Below are positions 7,983 to 18,348 of a DNA stretch of 64,000 nt, in pieces (the first letter of the stretch is position 1; every line of letters starts with the position of its first letter). Under the pieces are notes generated by a model, which was not told where the DNA came from, did not search any database, and saw only the letters and a list, made by a program, of their open reading frames with translations. The position numbers and the translations under genes are program-made. The stretch is from positions 21,896-85,895 of the IMG/VR virus record IMGVR_UViG_3300037010_001749. One strand, written 5' to 3'. This stretch comes from a virus.

Positions 7983-10937
7983 CTAAGCTTTGAAAGGTTC
8001 AACCCCCATTCTTGCAAGCTCGTCTAGGTCGAAGATGAACGCTCCGCCTGGGATGTTCAGTTCCTGGCCAGGCCCATGGGAGATGAGCGCAGGGCAGTCC
8101 TTCAAGCCATGGAGAAAGGCATGGTCGCCAGGAAAGAGCGGCCGTTCAGAGGTCGACCGGCAGTAGGCGCGGTAGCGGTGATAGATCGCCCGGGCCGACA
8201 GCTCAATGACGGTCTTGCCGTTCACCGTTGCGTAGGCGTACTCCTGCTTCAGGCGCACCGCCATCGGCGATGAAGGGTCAAGGCTGACCGACATCGTGGC
8301 CACCTTGTTCAGCACCTTGATCCACTCAGCTTGAGTGGAGGGCAGCAGGTCGGACATGCGGTCGTAGACCGAAGCCTCCAGCTCGTCGAACTTCGCGTCG
8401 AACTCCTTGTCAAAGATGTCAGCAACCAGTTTGCGGAACCTCTGCAAGCCGAAGCGCACCACCGTGTAGTTGAACACCGTGCGCTCCTTGGCGCCCTGCT
8501 TGGCTTGCAGTTCCTGGTCCGACAGGCCGGCAACCAGGTCCTTCTCGTTGAGCATGTACTTGGCCTGGGCCGCATCGAGCAAGGCGTCGAACTCGGTGGT
8601 CAGCTTTTCGAAGCTGTAGTCGAGCACGATGTCGGAGGCCAGGTAGTGCCCAAGAGAAGACAGCACACGCTTGTGGCGCTCCGCGATATGGAAGCGGGTG
8701 CTCCACTTCATGGCCACACTGGCCGGTGGTCTCACCACTGTGCAGAGTACCACCCGCTCCATGACCGCAGCTTCCTCTTCGGCTGCTTCGGCGATCACCA
8801 CCATCGGTGCAGCAAGCTGTGTGGTGTAGAGCGCTCGGTAGTCGTCGTTGTCCCGAGTGCCACCGCCCCGGGTGACGTCCCGGCAGTTGTAGGCATCCCG
8901 CATCATGAGCTTGAGCTTGCCGTGGATCTCAGTCGGCATCTCGTGTGGCTTGTACTCGTCGATGATGAGAGGAATCGAGGCCGATCCGGCCAAGTGCTGC
9001 TGCAGGGCGAAGAGCGTGGAGCCAGGGGTCAGTGTCTTCGCCTCCTGCTGGTAGAAGAACAAGGACATCAGCATCCTGTTCATCTCGGTCTTGCCAGCGC
9101 CTGCTGCGCCGTTGACGTGCAGAATCGGGAACTTGGTGTAGACCTTGTGGAACAGCATGCGGTAGAAGCTGGCGGTGTACCAGCCCACCAGCTTGGCGAT
9201 CACGTTCGGCTGCTGGCAGCCCAGGAAGTTCTCCAGCACAACACGCAGCGTCTGCTTATTGTCTGCAGACTCTATCCAGTCGACCAGCTTGGGCGCGTCG
9301 CTGATGTCTGTCCGGAAAGACCCACGGGGATCAGGGTAGCCCTGGAAAGAGAACTCGTAGCCCTTGGCCGCGATCCGCGGCTCGAGCACCACACCTTTGC
9401 CGTCAGCCCAGACCATGAAGGGCTCGCGCATCTCAGGGTCTGTGTGGTTGACGATGTTGATGATGTCCAAGCCCTCACGGTTCAGGACGTACAACTCCTT
9501 GCCCTCCTTGCGGCCCTTTTCTGCGACTCGCATCATCATCCCTCTCACGTGTTGATCGCTTCCCTGCAGGGCATGCGAATGGCGGCTGGCGAACTTGTTG
9601 AAAGCCTGCAGGCCGCCGAAGATGTCAAGCTCCAGGGTCTGTCGGCCTTGCGGCTTGCCGTTGATGAGCACGTCGGCCTCGTAGCAGGAGACTTGCCCCG
9701 TCTGTGGTGAGCGCAGAATGTGGACCTTGTCAAACGAGATCGCGCAAACGCGCTTCTTCCCTTCCTCGGTGTTGGCGTACAGGCCGTACTTCGTCAACTG
9801 CACACTTGCGGCAACATCGGAGTACTCGTCCAGAGCTTCCTCTGTTGCCTGGCTGTCTGGGGCTGTGCCGTCCTCAGCCTTCTTGATATTCTCTTCGACC
9901 TCGGCCTTGCTGACCGGGATGCCATCCAAGTCCGGCGCGTCGTGGTTGAGCAAGGACTTGAGTCCACCGATCGAGAACTCGTAGCACGGGTTCCCTTCGA
10001 TGTACCGGTGCATGCGAATCAACTCAGCCCGGCGCTTCTCCGGCGTGTTGTACCGATGGCCGTCGCTGCTGTGCACGCTGCAAAGGCCCTCAGCCTTCTC
10101 TGCAAGCTGCTGCTCAGTCCAGCCCATAGCCTCGGACACGATGGCAAGCTGCAGCGCGATGGGGTGGAAGCCTGCGTCCGACTTGACTCCCCGGCCTTCC
10201 AGCAGCGCCTGCAAAGATGGCAGGTCGGTCTTCCTCAGCACTGAAGGGTCGGTGTTCTTCTTCTTCCGCTTGGCCAGCCGGTCAGCCACGTCCTGCTGCG
10301 CCTTGTCGAACATGACCATCAACTCCATGCAGAGCTTCGGAGTCTGCGCAGCAGGCAACAGCCGCGGTTCTGCGGTCAGCACGCTGTAGGACTCAACGGT
10401 GACGCCCTGCAGTTCCTCGTAGGTGATAGGCACTTTGTAGTGCCCGTTCTCCCGCTTGACACCCGGTGAACGCCACATACGGCCGCGGCCGCCGGAGTAG
10501 ACCCGAAAGTCCAGGTGGTCAACGGCAAGTGCAAAGGCCAGCTGCTTGTAGACCGTGGGCAGGTACTGCACGCCCTCCTTCGGGATCTTGGCCATGAAGC
10601 AGGCCATGGGGATCTCCAGGTGAAAGCCCCGGCCGCCCGTGGCGTACAGCTGGGCGCTGCCCATGTCGAAGCCCTTCTCCTCGAGCATCAGACAGAGCTT
10701 ATGCACGTCCTCCGAGACGGCGACCATGTCGGTCCCGTCCCAGTCGAAGTACAGCGGGCCGCTGTACTTGAGCTTGTGCCGATCTTCGCTCGGCAGTTCG
10801 TCGGCCAGCTGGCTGACTGCCAACACCGTGAAGAACGCCGGATGCTTCTCTTCGGTGAGTTGAGCCTGGTAGGCGAGCGGGCACGGCTTCCACGTTTCCT
10901 CTCCGCCCGTCTCCTGGTAGTACCTGTATTTGCTCAT
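7983..10937 (-). CDS. AEP-type primase fused to a P-loop ATPase/helicase domain
   Basis: YFDWDG, TGGRGFHL (AEP motifs I and II); GAAGAGKTE, IIDEYK (Walker A and B). Confidence 0.88.
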   Translation of the reverse strand: MSKYRYYQETGGEETWKPCPLAYQAQLTEEKHPAFFTVLAVSQLADELPSEDRHKLKYSGPLYFDWDGTDMVAVSEDVHKLCLMLEEKGFDMGSAQLYATGGRGFHLEIPMACFMAKIPKEGVQYLPTVYKQLAFALAVDHLDFRVYSGGRGRMWRSPGVKRENGHYKVPITYEELQGVTVESYSVLTAEPRLLPAAQTPKLCMELMVMFDKAQQDVADRLAKRKKKNTDPSVLRKTDLPSLQALLEGRGVKSDAGFHPIALQLAIVSEAMGWTEQQLAEKAEGLCSVHSSDGHRYNTPEKRRAELIRMHRYIEGNPCYEFSIGGLKSLLNHDAPDLDGIPVSKAEVEENIKKAEDGTAPDSQATEEALDEYSDVAASVQLTKYGLYANTEEGKKRVCAISFDKVHILRSPQTGQVSCYEADVLINGKPQGRQTLELDIFGGLQAFNKFASRHSHALQGSDQHVRGMMMRVAEKGRKEGKELYVLNREGLDIINIVNHTDPEMREPFMVWADGKGVVLEPRIAAKGYEFSFQGYPDPRGSFRTDISDAPKLVDWIESADNKQTLRVVLENFLGCQQPNVIAKLVGWYTASFYRMLFHKVYTKFPILHVNGAAGAGKTEMNRMLMSLFFYQQEAKTLTPGSTLFALQQHLAGSASIPLIIDEYKPHEMPTEIHGKLKLMMRDAYNCRDVTRGGGTRDNDDYRALYTTQLAAPMVVIAEAAEEEAAVMERVVLCTVVRPPASVAMKWSTRFHIAERHKRVLSSLGHYLASDIVLDYSFEKLTTEFDALLDAAQAKYMLNEKDLVAGLSDQELQAKQGAKERTVFNYTVVRFGLQRFRKLVADIFDKEFDAKFDELEASVYDRMSDLLPSTQAEWIKVLNKVATMSVSLDPSSPMAVRLKQEYAYATVNGKTVIELSARAIYHRYRAYCRSTSERPLFPGDHAFLHGLKDCPALISHGPGQELNIPGGAFIFDLDELARMGVEPFKA

Positions 10938-10951
10938 GGTCCTTCTTGGGG

Positions 10952-12385
10952 CTAGCGGCCGTGGATCGCATCACGCAGATCTTTGAAGCCACCTTGAACT
11001 TTGTTCGCAAGGGCGTCGTTGTGCAGCAGGTTCTGGTGGAGCCTTACCTGGATGGTGTCTTGAGCGATCGCTAGCCGGATGTTGGGCACATAGAGTTGCC
11101 CATCACGGGCCACTCGGCCCACACCTTGAACGAACGGCCAAGGAACCACGGGTTCCTCAATCCACAGAACTTCCTTGCACACGTGCTGAGGGTTCCAGCC
11201 TGCCCCACCGGACCCCGGCTGGGCGATGATGGCCCGGCATTTCGGGTCGTCGAGAAAGCGGGCGATGTTACGCGCCTGCTGCGCTCCTGACACCTCTGAG
11301 TAGCAGGCTACCGTGTCGTACTTGGCCATGAACTTCGTCACAGCGCGGCTCGTCATGATGTAGTAGGTGAAGATGATGAGCTTGCTAGCTGCGGGGTTGA
11401 GCAAGTCGATCTCGTCAGCAACTGCCTCGATCAGGTCGAAGACCGCTGGCACGCACTTCTCGTCTCCGCTGAAGTGTGACCAGTTGCAGATGATCTGCTG
11501 CGACGCGTTGTACAGACGGCCGGCTGACGTGGCGTCGATCTTGCCACCGTCCGGGAGCAACAGAAGCTGCTCGTCGACCAGCTGGTTGTATAGGCCCAGG
11601 TGCTCCGGAGCCAGGTCGTAGTGGATCGGGATGTAGTTTGGCTGCTTGAGATCCTTCAGCACATCGCCGCTCAGCCGGCGTGACGCCTGCAGCATCAGGT
11701 TGCTCTGCATCATCTCCAGGTTCTGCCACTCCTTGACGTTGCCGAAGAAGTCACGATCTGCCACGTGCAGGTTCTCAAAATGCGCCTGGCTTCGGTACAC
11801 GCTCGGGGTCTTCAGCTTCACGTAGCCGTAGGCGTCACCAGGTGACGAGATGGGAGTGCCTGTCAAGACCTGCAGCTTCTCACCCTCAGAGAACTCCTTC
11901 ACAGCCTTGTAGTTGGCCGTGCCTACGTTCTTGACCGAGTGGCCCTCGTCCACCGTGAGGTTTTTGCTACGCCCTTGAAGCTGGCGTTGGATGTGAGGCA
12001 AGTCGCTCTTGAACATCTGGATCGACGTGAGGATCCACTTGTACGCCTGCAGGTTGATCGCCTGCCGCTTCACAGGTGCGCCGCGGTAGGCCACGACCGC
12101 ACCGACGTCGTGCAGCGACTCGAGCCAGCGCTTCCACTGAGGCACCAGGATAGGAGGCATCAGGACGATGTTGTGGGCACAGTCCCAGGCCAGGCTCAGG
12201 ACTGTGCTCGTGGCGGTCTTGCCTGTGCCCACCTCGTTGAACAGGCCGACGCGGTCGAACGGGTAAAGCTCCTCCACGTCTTCGACCTGGTCAGCGCGGA
12301 GTTCGAAAGGGATCTGGTGGTACTTGAGCAGATCTCCGAGGTTGTCAAAGTCAGGCACGCTTCGGCACCTTGGGTAGTGTGGCAA
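10952..12385 (-). CDS. SNF2-family helicase
   Basis: EVGTGKT, VDEGH, LTGTP, QGVGRVARDGQ. Confidence 0.9.
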   Translation of the reverse strand: MPHYPRCRSVPDFDNLGDLLKYHQIPFELRADQVEDVEELYPFDRVGLFNEVGTGKTATSTVLSLAWDCAHNIVLMPPILVPQWKRWLESLHDVGAVVAYRGAPVKRQAINLQAYKWILTSIQMFKSDLPHIQRQLQGRSKNLTVDEGHSVKNVGTANYKAVKEFSEGEKLQVLTGTPISSPGDAYGYVKLKTPSVYRSQAHFENLHVADRDFFGNVKEWQNLEMMQSNLMLQASRRLSGDVLKDLKQPNYIPIHYDLAPEHLGLYNQLVDEQLLLLPDGGKIDATSAGRLYNASQQIICNWSHFSGDEKCVPAVFDLIEAVADEIDLLNPAASKLIIFTYYIMTSRAVTKFMAKYDTVACYSEVSGAQQARNIARFLDDPKCRAIIAQPGSGGAGWNPQHVCKEVLWIEEPVVPWPFVQGVGRVARDGQLYVPNIRLAIAQDTIQVRLHQNLLHNDALANKVQGGFKDLRDAIHGR

Positions 12386-12698
12386 TCACCTTGGGCTTCC
12401 AGGCCCGTCGCTTGAACTCCTCCAGGTTCACACGGAAGGCCAGGTCTGTCAGAGGCTCACCGCCAACCGTGATGTTCGGTGCGACGACGAAGGCCCACTG
12501 AGCCGTGGCGGTGTGCTGGCCGAGCGGTGGCACACCTGACGGCTCCCCGGCGGCCAGCCAGGCAAGATTGAACATGCCTGGGTGGGTGTCAATGAGGTTT
12601 GCCCACCCACGGCCATCTTCGTCGAGGTAGCCCCAGAATGGAACGGAGGACCACCACCAACGGCGGCGGCAGTGCTGCAAAAAGTCAACGGGGGTCAT
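12351..12698 (-). CDS. Hypothetical protein
   Basis: ORF in the leftward operon. Confidence 0.5.
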   Translation of the reverse strand: MTPVDFLQHCRRRWWWSSVPFWGYLDEDGRGWANLIDTHPGMFNLAWLAAGEPSGVPPLGQHTATAQWAFVVAPNITVGGEPLTDLAFRVNLEEFKRRAWKPKVIATLPKVPKRA

Positions 12699-12963
12699 CT
12701 GCTGCTGCTGCTGCTGCTGCTGCTGCTACTGCTACTACTGCTCTTGCGGCGGCCAGGGCTAGCCTGCCGCTCTTGTTGATGCTCTGGTGTTCGATGATCT
12801 TGCCTGTGCTATTCTGGTACGGACTCGGGCGTCCGACCGTGTCCACAAGGCCGAGACCTTCCATGCTGCGGTTGACACCTGGGTTGAACTGGTTCCGGGG
12901 CAGTGGCCCAGGCATCAGTCTGGCCAGCGCGTCACGTACTGCCGGAGTGATCTTTGGTGGCAT
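12685..12963 (-). CDS. Hypothetical protein with poly-Ala tail
   Basis: ORF containing the triplet repeat. Confidence 0.5.
   Translation of the reverse strand: MPPKITPAVRDALARLMPGPLPRNQFNPGVNRSMEGLGLVDTVGRPSPYQNSTGKIIEHQSINKSGRLALAAARAVVAVAAAAAAAAADDPR
12699..12742. repeat. (CTG)9 microsatellite continuing as CTA/CTG
   Basis: Directly visible. Confidence 0.95.
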
Positions 12964-13468
12964 TCAAGCGGCTCCACTTGTTGCAGGTCCCGGTACGCTT
13001 CACGGGAAAGCCTCCGAGGCCGCATCGCAGCCCCACATCCACAGCGCTGGCTTTCAGCCGCGCTGGGTCGTCAGGATACAGCTTCAGCGCCCAGTCTGGG
13101 GGCTGGCGTTGATATTGGAAGTGCCTACAGCTGGAGCAGACTTCGCGTTTCACGCGGTAGTTCTGCTCCAGCATGGCGTCATGGTGCGACGCCTTCGGCC
13201 GGCCTCGGTCAGCCAACGTCGAACGGGACTTCCTGGACCCGGACGCAGTCGCCTTCCGGACCCACAGCAGCAAACCACACGTAGCCAGCGGCCTGCTGGT
13301 TCCTGTTCAGGCTGATGCTGATGTCTTCCAGCCGGTCACGTGACATGATGCTGGCAGCCTTCGACGCACTGCTGAGCGCCCGGCTCAGCGTACCGTCGCC
13401 GGCAAAGACCCTGACCTCGACGTCGGCGTGGCGGTCATCGACCACCATAACCAGACATTTGCCCGGAC

Positions 13469-13771
13469 TCACTTGGCGTCCTTGATCGCCGCGATTGCGG
13501 CATCCTGCACCAGTTTGCGGATGCTCTCGTGGCGGTCGTATCTTTGGTTGCCGAGCACCTCGTTGAATGCTTCGTCGACCTTGCCTTTCAGCAAGCTGCG
13601 GGCCTCGCGCTCGGCGGTACCCGTCCAGTCGATGCGCTGCAGAGCCTTGCTGATGACCTCCTTGGCGTCGGCTTGAATGATCTCTCGGCTCAGCGCTGCG
13701 ATGGCGGCGTCGCATTGCGACTTGACGGCGTTGCGCAGCGCTTCGTCGTTGATCTCGATGACGAGCTTCAT
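13469..13771 (-). CDS. Hypothetical helical protein
   Basis: ATGA overlap with upstream ORF. Confidence 0.7.
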   Translation of the reverse strand: MKLVIEINDEALRNAVKSQCDAAIAALSREIIQADAKEVISKALQRIDWTGTAEREARSLLKGKVDEAFNEVLGNQRYDRHESIRKLVQDAAIAAIKDAK

Positions 13772-14133
13772 TTGGTATCCCTTTCCAGTGCTTCTTTGGC
13801 GTCGATGGCTTCGCGAAGCCAGTCAACATCTTGGCGGTGGATGTAACTTGTCTCGATTCTCACGCCTTTGCCGCGCAGCCTGTAAAGCTGGGCTATCAGC
13901 CGTTCCGGCTGGTCGTGAATGCAGAGGCCGTCCAGCATCGCACGGATCTCCTTGTGCTCGACGGTCAACTTCCTCGTGTTGAGCCAGCCAAACAGCTGGC
14001 CCAGACCAAAACGGATGACCCCATACACGGAGCCCACCACGGCAACTTTGTACACCAGGTAGCCGCACAGCACCCATACCGCCAGCGTTGGTAGATTGGC
14101 CACTGCATCGATCAGAAACTTGATATCTTCCAT
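13768..14133 (-). CDS. Hypothetical membrane protein
   Basis: N-terminal hydrophobic segment, GAGG RBS. Confidence 0.75.
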   Translation of the reverse strand: MEDIKFLIDAVANLPTLAVWVLCGYLVYKVAVVGSVYGVIRFGLGQLFGWLNTRKLTVEHKEIRAMLDGLCIHDQPERLIAQLYRLRGKGVRIETSYIHRQDVDWLREAIDAKEALERDTK

Positions 14134-14134
14134 G

Positions 14135-14344
14135 TCACACCCTCAGGCCGAGTTCGGCCTCACGTTCCTTGTTACGGACAGGCAATGGCGCCCACCCCCA
14201 GAAGTGCTCCCCGTACGCTCCGTACCAGTAGCCCTTGACGCACACACCGTGCTTGGTCAGGAGCAAGACGGTCTTCCCCTTCGGGGCGACCTCGTATGCA
14301 TAGGCACCGCCGCCGGCGATGTACCCCTTGGCGCTCCCGGTCAC
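14135..14344 (-). CDS. Small phage protein (WAPLP motif)
   Basis: APKGKTVLLLTKHG...WGWAPLP. Confidence 0.65.
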   Translation of the reverse strand: MTGSAKGYIAGGGAYAYEVAPKGKTVLLLTKHGVCVKGYWYGAYGEHFWGWAPLPVRNKEREAELGLRV

Positions 14345-14592
14345 GTGTCGTCCGACACGTAGACGCCCACGATGGGGTGGGTCTGCCCCACCACCTGCAG
14401 GACCACCGGAGCACCGCGCAGGATTGCCGCGATCTCTTCGGCATCGGGCTTCCAGAAACTGGACATCACCGTCAGGCCATCTTCACCCTTGCTGATCGTC
14501 ACCGGCAACGCCCCAACGTCAAGCGCCTTCTGGTCCCACCCCTTCGGGGCGCCAAAGACGTGGTTGTTGGTTTTGTGTTGGATGAACCTCAT
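14341..14592 (-). CDS. Conserved small phage protein
   Basis: GAPKGWD...LPV...SFWKP..EE...I..G...V.G..HP. Confidence 0.75.
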   Translation of the reverse strand: MRFIQHKTNNHVFGAPKGWDQKALDVGALPVTISKGEDGLTVMSSFWKPDAEEIAAILRGAPVVLQVVGQTHPIVGVYVSDDT

Positions 14593-14779
14593 ACGGGAAA
14601 GGCCACGAGCTGAAGGCTGTCAGCGAAGCCCAGAAGCCCTCTGGGCTGATCCTGATGCTCCCAGGTGTTCATGGCTCGGTTCAGCAGGCTACAAACTTCG
14701 CTGGCTGTCAGCGACACAGTGGCAACGACTTTGCCTCCATGCGTGAACTGCAGCAGACCAGGTTGTTCGTCTGTTCGCA

Positions 14780-15145
14780 TCAATTCGCTCCTTCGGTAGA
14801 GACCATGTCATCCGCCGCGGTGTGGATTTCGTCGTACAGGTCCTGCTCCAGGACCAGCTTGGCCACCTTGCGGAAGGCTTGGTCGAAGCTGAGCGTCGAG
14901 GCCACTGCCCGGCGCTCAGCCTTGCGCTTGGCTAGCGCAGTCTGGATGGCCCGCAGGGCTCGATTCACGCCCAGTTGCTTCTCGACCAAGGCGTCGTACT
15001 CGGCCACAGGCAAGTGGCCCTGACCCATGGCCACGCGCCGCCGGGCCTTGGTCATCTCAGCCTTGATCGTCTGCGACTGGCCATCCATACGGCCCTTGAC
15101 CTCCAAGAGTTCCTCTCGGGTCATGTCTTCCCAGTTGCGTTTCAT
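14780..15145 (-). CDS. Hypothetical coiled-coil protein
   Basis: ATGA coupling. Confidence 0.65.
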   Translation of the reverse strand: MKRNWEDMTREELLEVKGRMDGQSQTIKAEMTKARRRVAMGQGHLPVAEYDALVEKQLGVNRALRAIQTALAKRKAERRAVASTLSFDQAFRKVAKLVLEQDLYDEIHTAADDMVSTEGAN

Positions 15146-15600
15146 GCGGTGTTGGTCCGGTCAGCCAGGTATCGGAAGTAGCCGTCGGTGCACTTCGGGT
15201 CATGCTCGTCTTCGGCGTAGTAGCGCAGCACAAGGTCCCGGAGCGTAGGTTGGGGCTGCCCTTGCGGCCTGGGCGGGACTTCTGGGTCCACCAGGCGGGC
15301 CACGGACACCGCCACGGCTTGGCTGGCGTGCATCGAGGTTGCCCGGGTAGCCCAGAGCGGATCGACCTTCCTTAGGGCTAGGGCGACGCGACGCCACCCC
15401 TGCAGTTCAGTCTTGGGCTCACTTGGCTCCTTCCAGGCAAGATGCAGGTTACGCACCAGGTGGAAAAAGCTGTCATGTGCATCATGTAGTTTGCGCTGCT
15501 GGGCCTTGCTCAAGCGTTTCAGGCTTCCCACTTCGGAGAGCATCAGTTGGAACTGCTGCGCCGCTTCCAGCGTCAGCGTTGTCTCGTCTGGGTTGAACAT
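15142..15600 (-). CDS. Hypothetical protein
   Basis: GAGG RBS, operon context. Confidence 0.65.
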   Translation of the reverse strand: MFNPDETTLTLEAAQQFQLMLSEVGSLKRLSKAQQRKLHDAHDSFFHLVRNLHLAWKEPSEPKTELQGWRRVALALRKVDPLWATRATSMHASQAVAVSVARLVDPEVPPRPQGQPQPTLRDLVLRYYAEDEHDPKCTDGYFRYLADRTNTA

Positions 15601-15937
15601 ACTCGCCTCTTTCCTTGGCAGCCCGGTCTACGCAGTGCCTGGTGGTTGTGACTGGCATCTTGAACTCTCGCGCCGTCGCCGCAAGTGTGTGGCCTTGCAC
15701 TACATGGTAGATCCAGACTTTGTGATCTCGCTTGTGCCGCTCGCGGCGCTTCTCCGAGACCTTGGCCATGCGCTCGATGCGGTCCGTACCGATGCGCTTG
15801 GTCACAGCCTCGTATACCTCGTAGGTCCTGAAGCGGTGCTCGTTGTCACAGATGCGGTCTCGCCGAGACCGCTCTAACCTGGGCTCGTCTCTAGTGGCAA
15901 GCACGCGCGACAGGGCCCCACACTTCCGGCACCTCAA
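15482..15937 (-). CDS. NrdR-like zinc-ribbon protein with possible C-terminal HTH
   Basis: MRCRKCG...V..TR...RR.R.C...HRFRTYE. Confidence 0.7.
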   Translation of the reverse strand: MRCRKCGALSRVLATRDEPRLERSRRDRICDNEHRFRTYEVYEAVTKRIGTDRIERMAKVSEKRRERHKRDHKVWIYHVVQGHTLAATAREFKMPVTTTRHCVDRAAKERGEYVQPRRDNADAGSGAAVPTDALRSGKPETLEQGPAAQTT

Positions 15938-16113
15938 GGCTGCTGAACGGCCGCCAGCGCCAGGCTGCGTTGGACCAGGTCAACCATGTAGGACTTGGAG
16001 ACTTCCAGGGTCTGCCACTCGTGCAGGCAGTTGACGCAGCTGTAGGTGCGCTCGCCATCGACATGGGCATCAAGAGTGATGGCGTTGCTCTCACACTTTG
16101 GGCAGTGGTGCAT
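15934..16113 (-). CDS. Small zinc-ribbon protein
   Basis: CPKC...CVNC.H.W.TLE. Confidence 0.6.
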   Translation of the reverse strand: MHHCPKCESNAITLDAHVDGERTYSCVNCLHEWQTLEVSKSYMVDLVQRSLALAAVQQP

Positions 16114-16390
16114 TGAAGCTGCTTTCTTTGACAGCGCGTTGCCCACCGACGTGGCGGACTTCGAGGATTTTCTGGGGAGGCGTGTGCGCTCGGATGTTGC
16201 CGGCCTCGTCGACAAAGTCATCCTCGTTGACCAGGTAGAGATCGTATGGCATCTCCTTGCCGGGCTTTTTCGTCAACCTTGGGTAATTCTTGCGTGCAAC
16301 CGCCACGGCCTCGCCGGGCTTCTTGCTCCGCCCCCAGCAGTAGGGGGCGAGGCACAAGAAGATCTTGCCTTCCGGTGCCACCAGGCTCAT
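16091..16390 (-). CDS. Hypothetical protein
   Basis: Operon context. Confidence 0.55.
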   Translation of the reverse strand: MSLVAPEGKIFLCLAPYCWGRSKKPGEAVAVARKNYPRLTKKPGKEMPYDLYLVNEDDFVDEAGNIRAHTPPQKILEVRHVGGQRAVKESSFNAPLPKV

Positions 16391-16538
16391 GCCGGCGATG
16401 TCCCGTTCAGGAGGGCCAGGAACTCCACCTCGGCCTTCAGGTAGTTCTTGCCCTTGGTAGGCTGGCCTTGAAACTTCACGCGGTCACGCCAGGCCTGCTC
16501 GACCGCCGTGCGGACGGTGACTTGCTTGTCTTCTTGGT

Positions 16539-16904
16539 TCATGCGATGCCTAGGCCGCCAGCCCAGGCCTCCCCGTTTCCGTTGGGGACTTCAATCCTCA
16601 CGACAAAGCCGCGAGGGTCGTTCTGCAGGCAGACCTTCGATCCTACCCAGGCCGCGGTGAGTTCCTCACCCATCGCAAGAAGTTCGGCCCTGGTGACTTT
16701 TCGCGCGTCCCCAAACGGAAGTCCGGAGGCCCAGGCATAGTTGCACAGGTCCTCGTCCTGCTTATGCTTGACCATGGCCACAGCGCAGATCTGCGACAGC
16801 AGCGCTATGAACTCCTCAGTCTTGGGCACTGACGGGTCGAGCCGGTGCAAGTTCGCCTGCGCCTGCCGGCCGCGGCCGGTGATCTTTCGGACCCTAGCCT
16901 TCAT
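16539..16904 (-). CDS. Conserved phage early protein
   Basis: Q.DPRG motif. Confidence 0.65.
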   Translation of the reverse strand: MKARVRKITGRGRQAQANLHRLDPSVPKTEEFIALLSQICAVAMVKHKQDEDLCNYAWASGLPFGDARKVTRAELLAMGEELTAAWVGSKVCLQNDPRGFVVRIEVPNGNGEAWAGGLGIA

Positions 16905-17382
16905 TGACAGCCAAGGTGTACGTCGTGCCTTCTATGCCGACGGTCTCCCCGCAGGCCAGGGCCTGGATCTTGAGGTGCTGCCCGGCGTTCATGGTGTTGT
17001 CCGGGTCCAGCTTCTCGGCCAGAAACTCACGTGCCGCATCCGCGTCGGTGAATAGCACCGCGTCCTCGGCGTCTGAAGAGAAGGCCATCCAGATTTCCTT
17101 ATCGCTAAGGAAGTACTTGGCCAGTTCTTCCCAGTCGACGGTAGCCATAGCATCTTTGATGATGCCGTCCCACAGGCCGTTAACGACGGGCCTACCGTCG
17201 TTCACGATGGTTTCGATGTCCAAAGCCAGGGCTTCGATTGCGGCATTCCGTGCTGAGGGAGCGTGCGACTCCTTATCGCAGGCAACCTCGAGTGAGTCAA
17301 CGGCCTGTGCTTCGCACAGGCGGTAAAGCCTGGCGTCATTAGCCAGCCACAGCCCAATGCTGCGAGTGATGCTGTTGCTCAT
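16894..17382 (-). CDS. Acidic conserved phage early protein
   Basis: T..I.LWLAND..LY and VDWEELA. Confidence 0.7.
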   Translation of the reverse strand: MSNSITRSIGLWLANDARLYRLCEAQAVDSLEVACDKESHAPSARNAAIEALALDIETIVNDGRPVVNGLWDGIIKDAMATVDWEELAKYFLSDKEIWMAFSSDAEDAVLFTDADAAREFLAEKLDPDNTMNAGQHLKIQALACGETVGIEGTTYTLAVNEG

Positions 17383-17756
17383 GCGCGAACCAGGTAGTGG
17401 TCACCAAGAATGTTGACGGACCGGTAGTCTTGCCGCAGGGCCTGGGCAGCCTTATCCCAGTCGATGCAGTCGTAGGGCCAGCCGACAACCGGCCCCAACT
17501 GACGCGCGAGGTCCTCAGCGAAGCCTCCGTAGAAATAGTCTTCGCGAACGAATAGCGCAAATACGTTCCAGTAGGCCTCGTCCAACACCGACTGGAGACC
17601 TTCGGCCTCTTCCACGGCCTCAGCAACTTCCTCAAGGGTGTCATTGCTACCGATCACCTTCTTCAGGTCGAGGATCGCAGCACGGATTTCATCCGAGCTC
17701 ACTGTCTTTCCCAGGTTAGCCAAAGCGCTTCCCTTCCGCGGTAAATGTGTATCCAT
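17379..17756 (-). CDS. ArdA-like (C-terminal domain) putative antirestriction protein
   Basis: WPYDCIDWDKAAQAL.QDY..V...G..Y.VR; acidic. Confidence 0.55.
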   Translation of the reverse strand: MDTHLPRKGSALANLGKTVSSDEIRAAILDLKKVIGSNDTLEEVAEAVEEAEGLQSVLDEAYWNVFALFVREDYFYGGFAEDLARQLGPVVGWPYDCIDWDKAAQALRQDYRSVNILGDHYLVRA

Positions 17757-18348
17757 TGGCCTCGATCGTCTCGGCCACAGCTTCGTCGGAGGTGAGGTAG
17801 TTGTACTCAGCCTCCAACTGACGGTAGATCCATTTGGCGAACGCCCGGAAAGCCTCGGTGATTCGGGCTTCAGCCGCCACCGTCGGCAAGTCGTCCTGCT
17901 CTTCGTCCGGCAGCATCCACCAGAACTCGAAGTCCATCGAGAACTCGTGGCAGTAGTTGCCGCGCTTGGTGATGCTGGCCTGCAGGCCGTGCTTCACTGA
18001 GGCTTGAGCCTCGTCCAGGTCCTGGGCGATGCGGAGCAGGTCCTCGTCCTGCGGCGCCCAGTCCTTGACCTGGGCCAGGGCGCCCTTCGTGCCAGCGTAG
18101 CGGCCCGCAAAGCAGGCTCCATCGCCCTGGGACCCGAAGCCGCTGAAGAAGATGCCACGCTTGTGGTCCTTCGCGTCGAAGGGCTCGATGTCCAGGCCCA
18201 GGCGCTTGGCAATCTCGTAATTATCCTCGAAGCCCCACCAGTCGAAGTCGAGGTCGCCGTCGTCGCGCCACCAGCCGCGGGCCTGAGCCTTCGCGGCATC
18301 ACTCAGTTCGTCGTAGTGGTAGACCGTGGTGGTGATCTGCTCAGGCAT
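17716..18348 (-). CDS. Acidic conserved phage early protein
   Basis: VY.YDELSD.AK..AR, FSGF.SQGDGACF, Y.YLTSDEAV.ETIEANGY.F. Confidence 0.8.
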   Translation of the reverse strand: MPEQITTTVYHYDELSDAAKAQARGWWRDDGDLDFDWWGFEDNYEIAKRLGLDIEPFDAKDHKRGIFFSGFGSQGDGACFAGRYAGTKGALAQVKDWAPQDEDLLRIAQDLDEAQASVKHGLQASITKRGNYCHEFSMDFEFWWMLPDEEQDDLPTVAAEARITEAFRAFAKWIYRQLEAEYNYLTSDEAVAETIEANGYTFTAEGKRFG

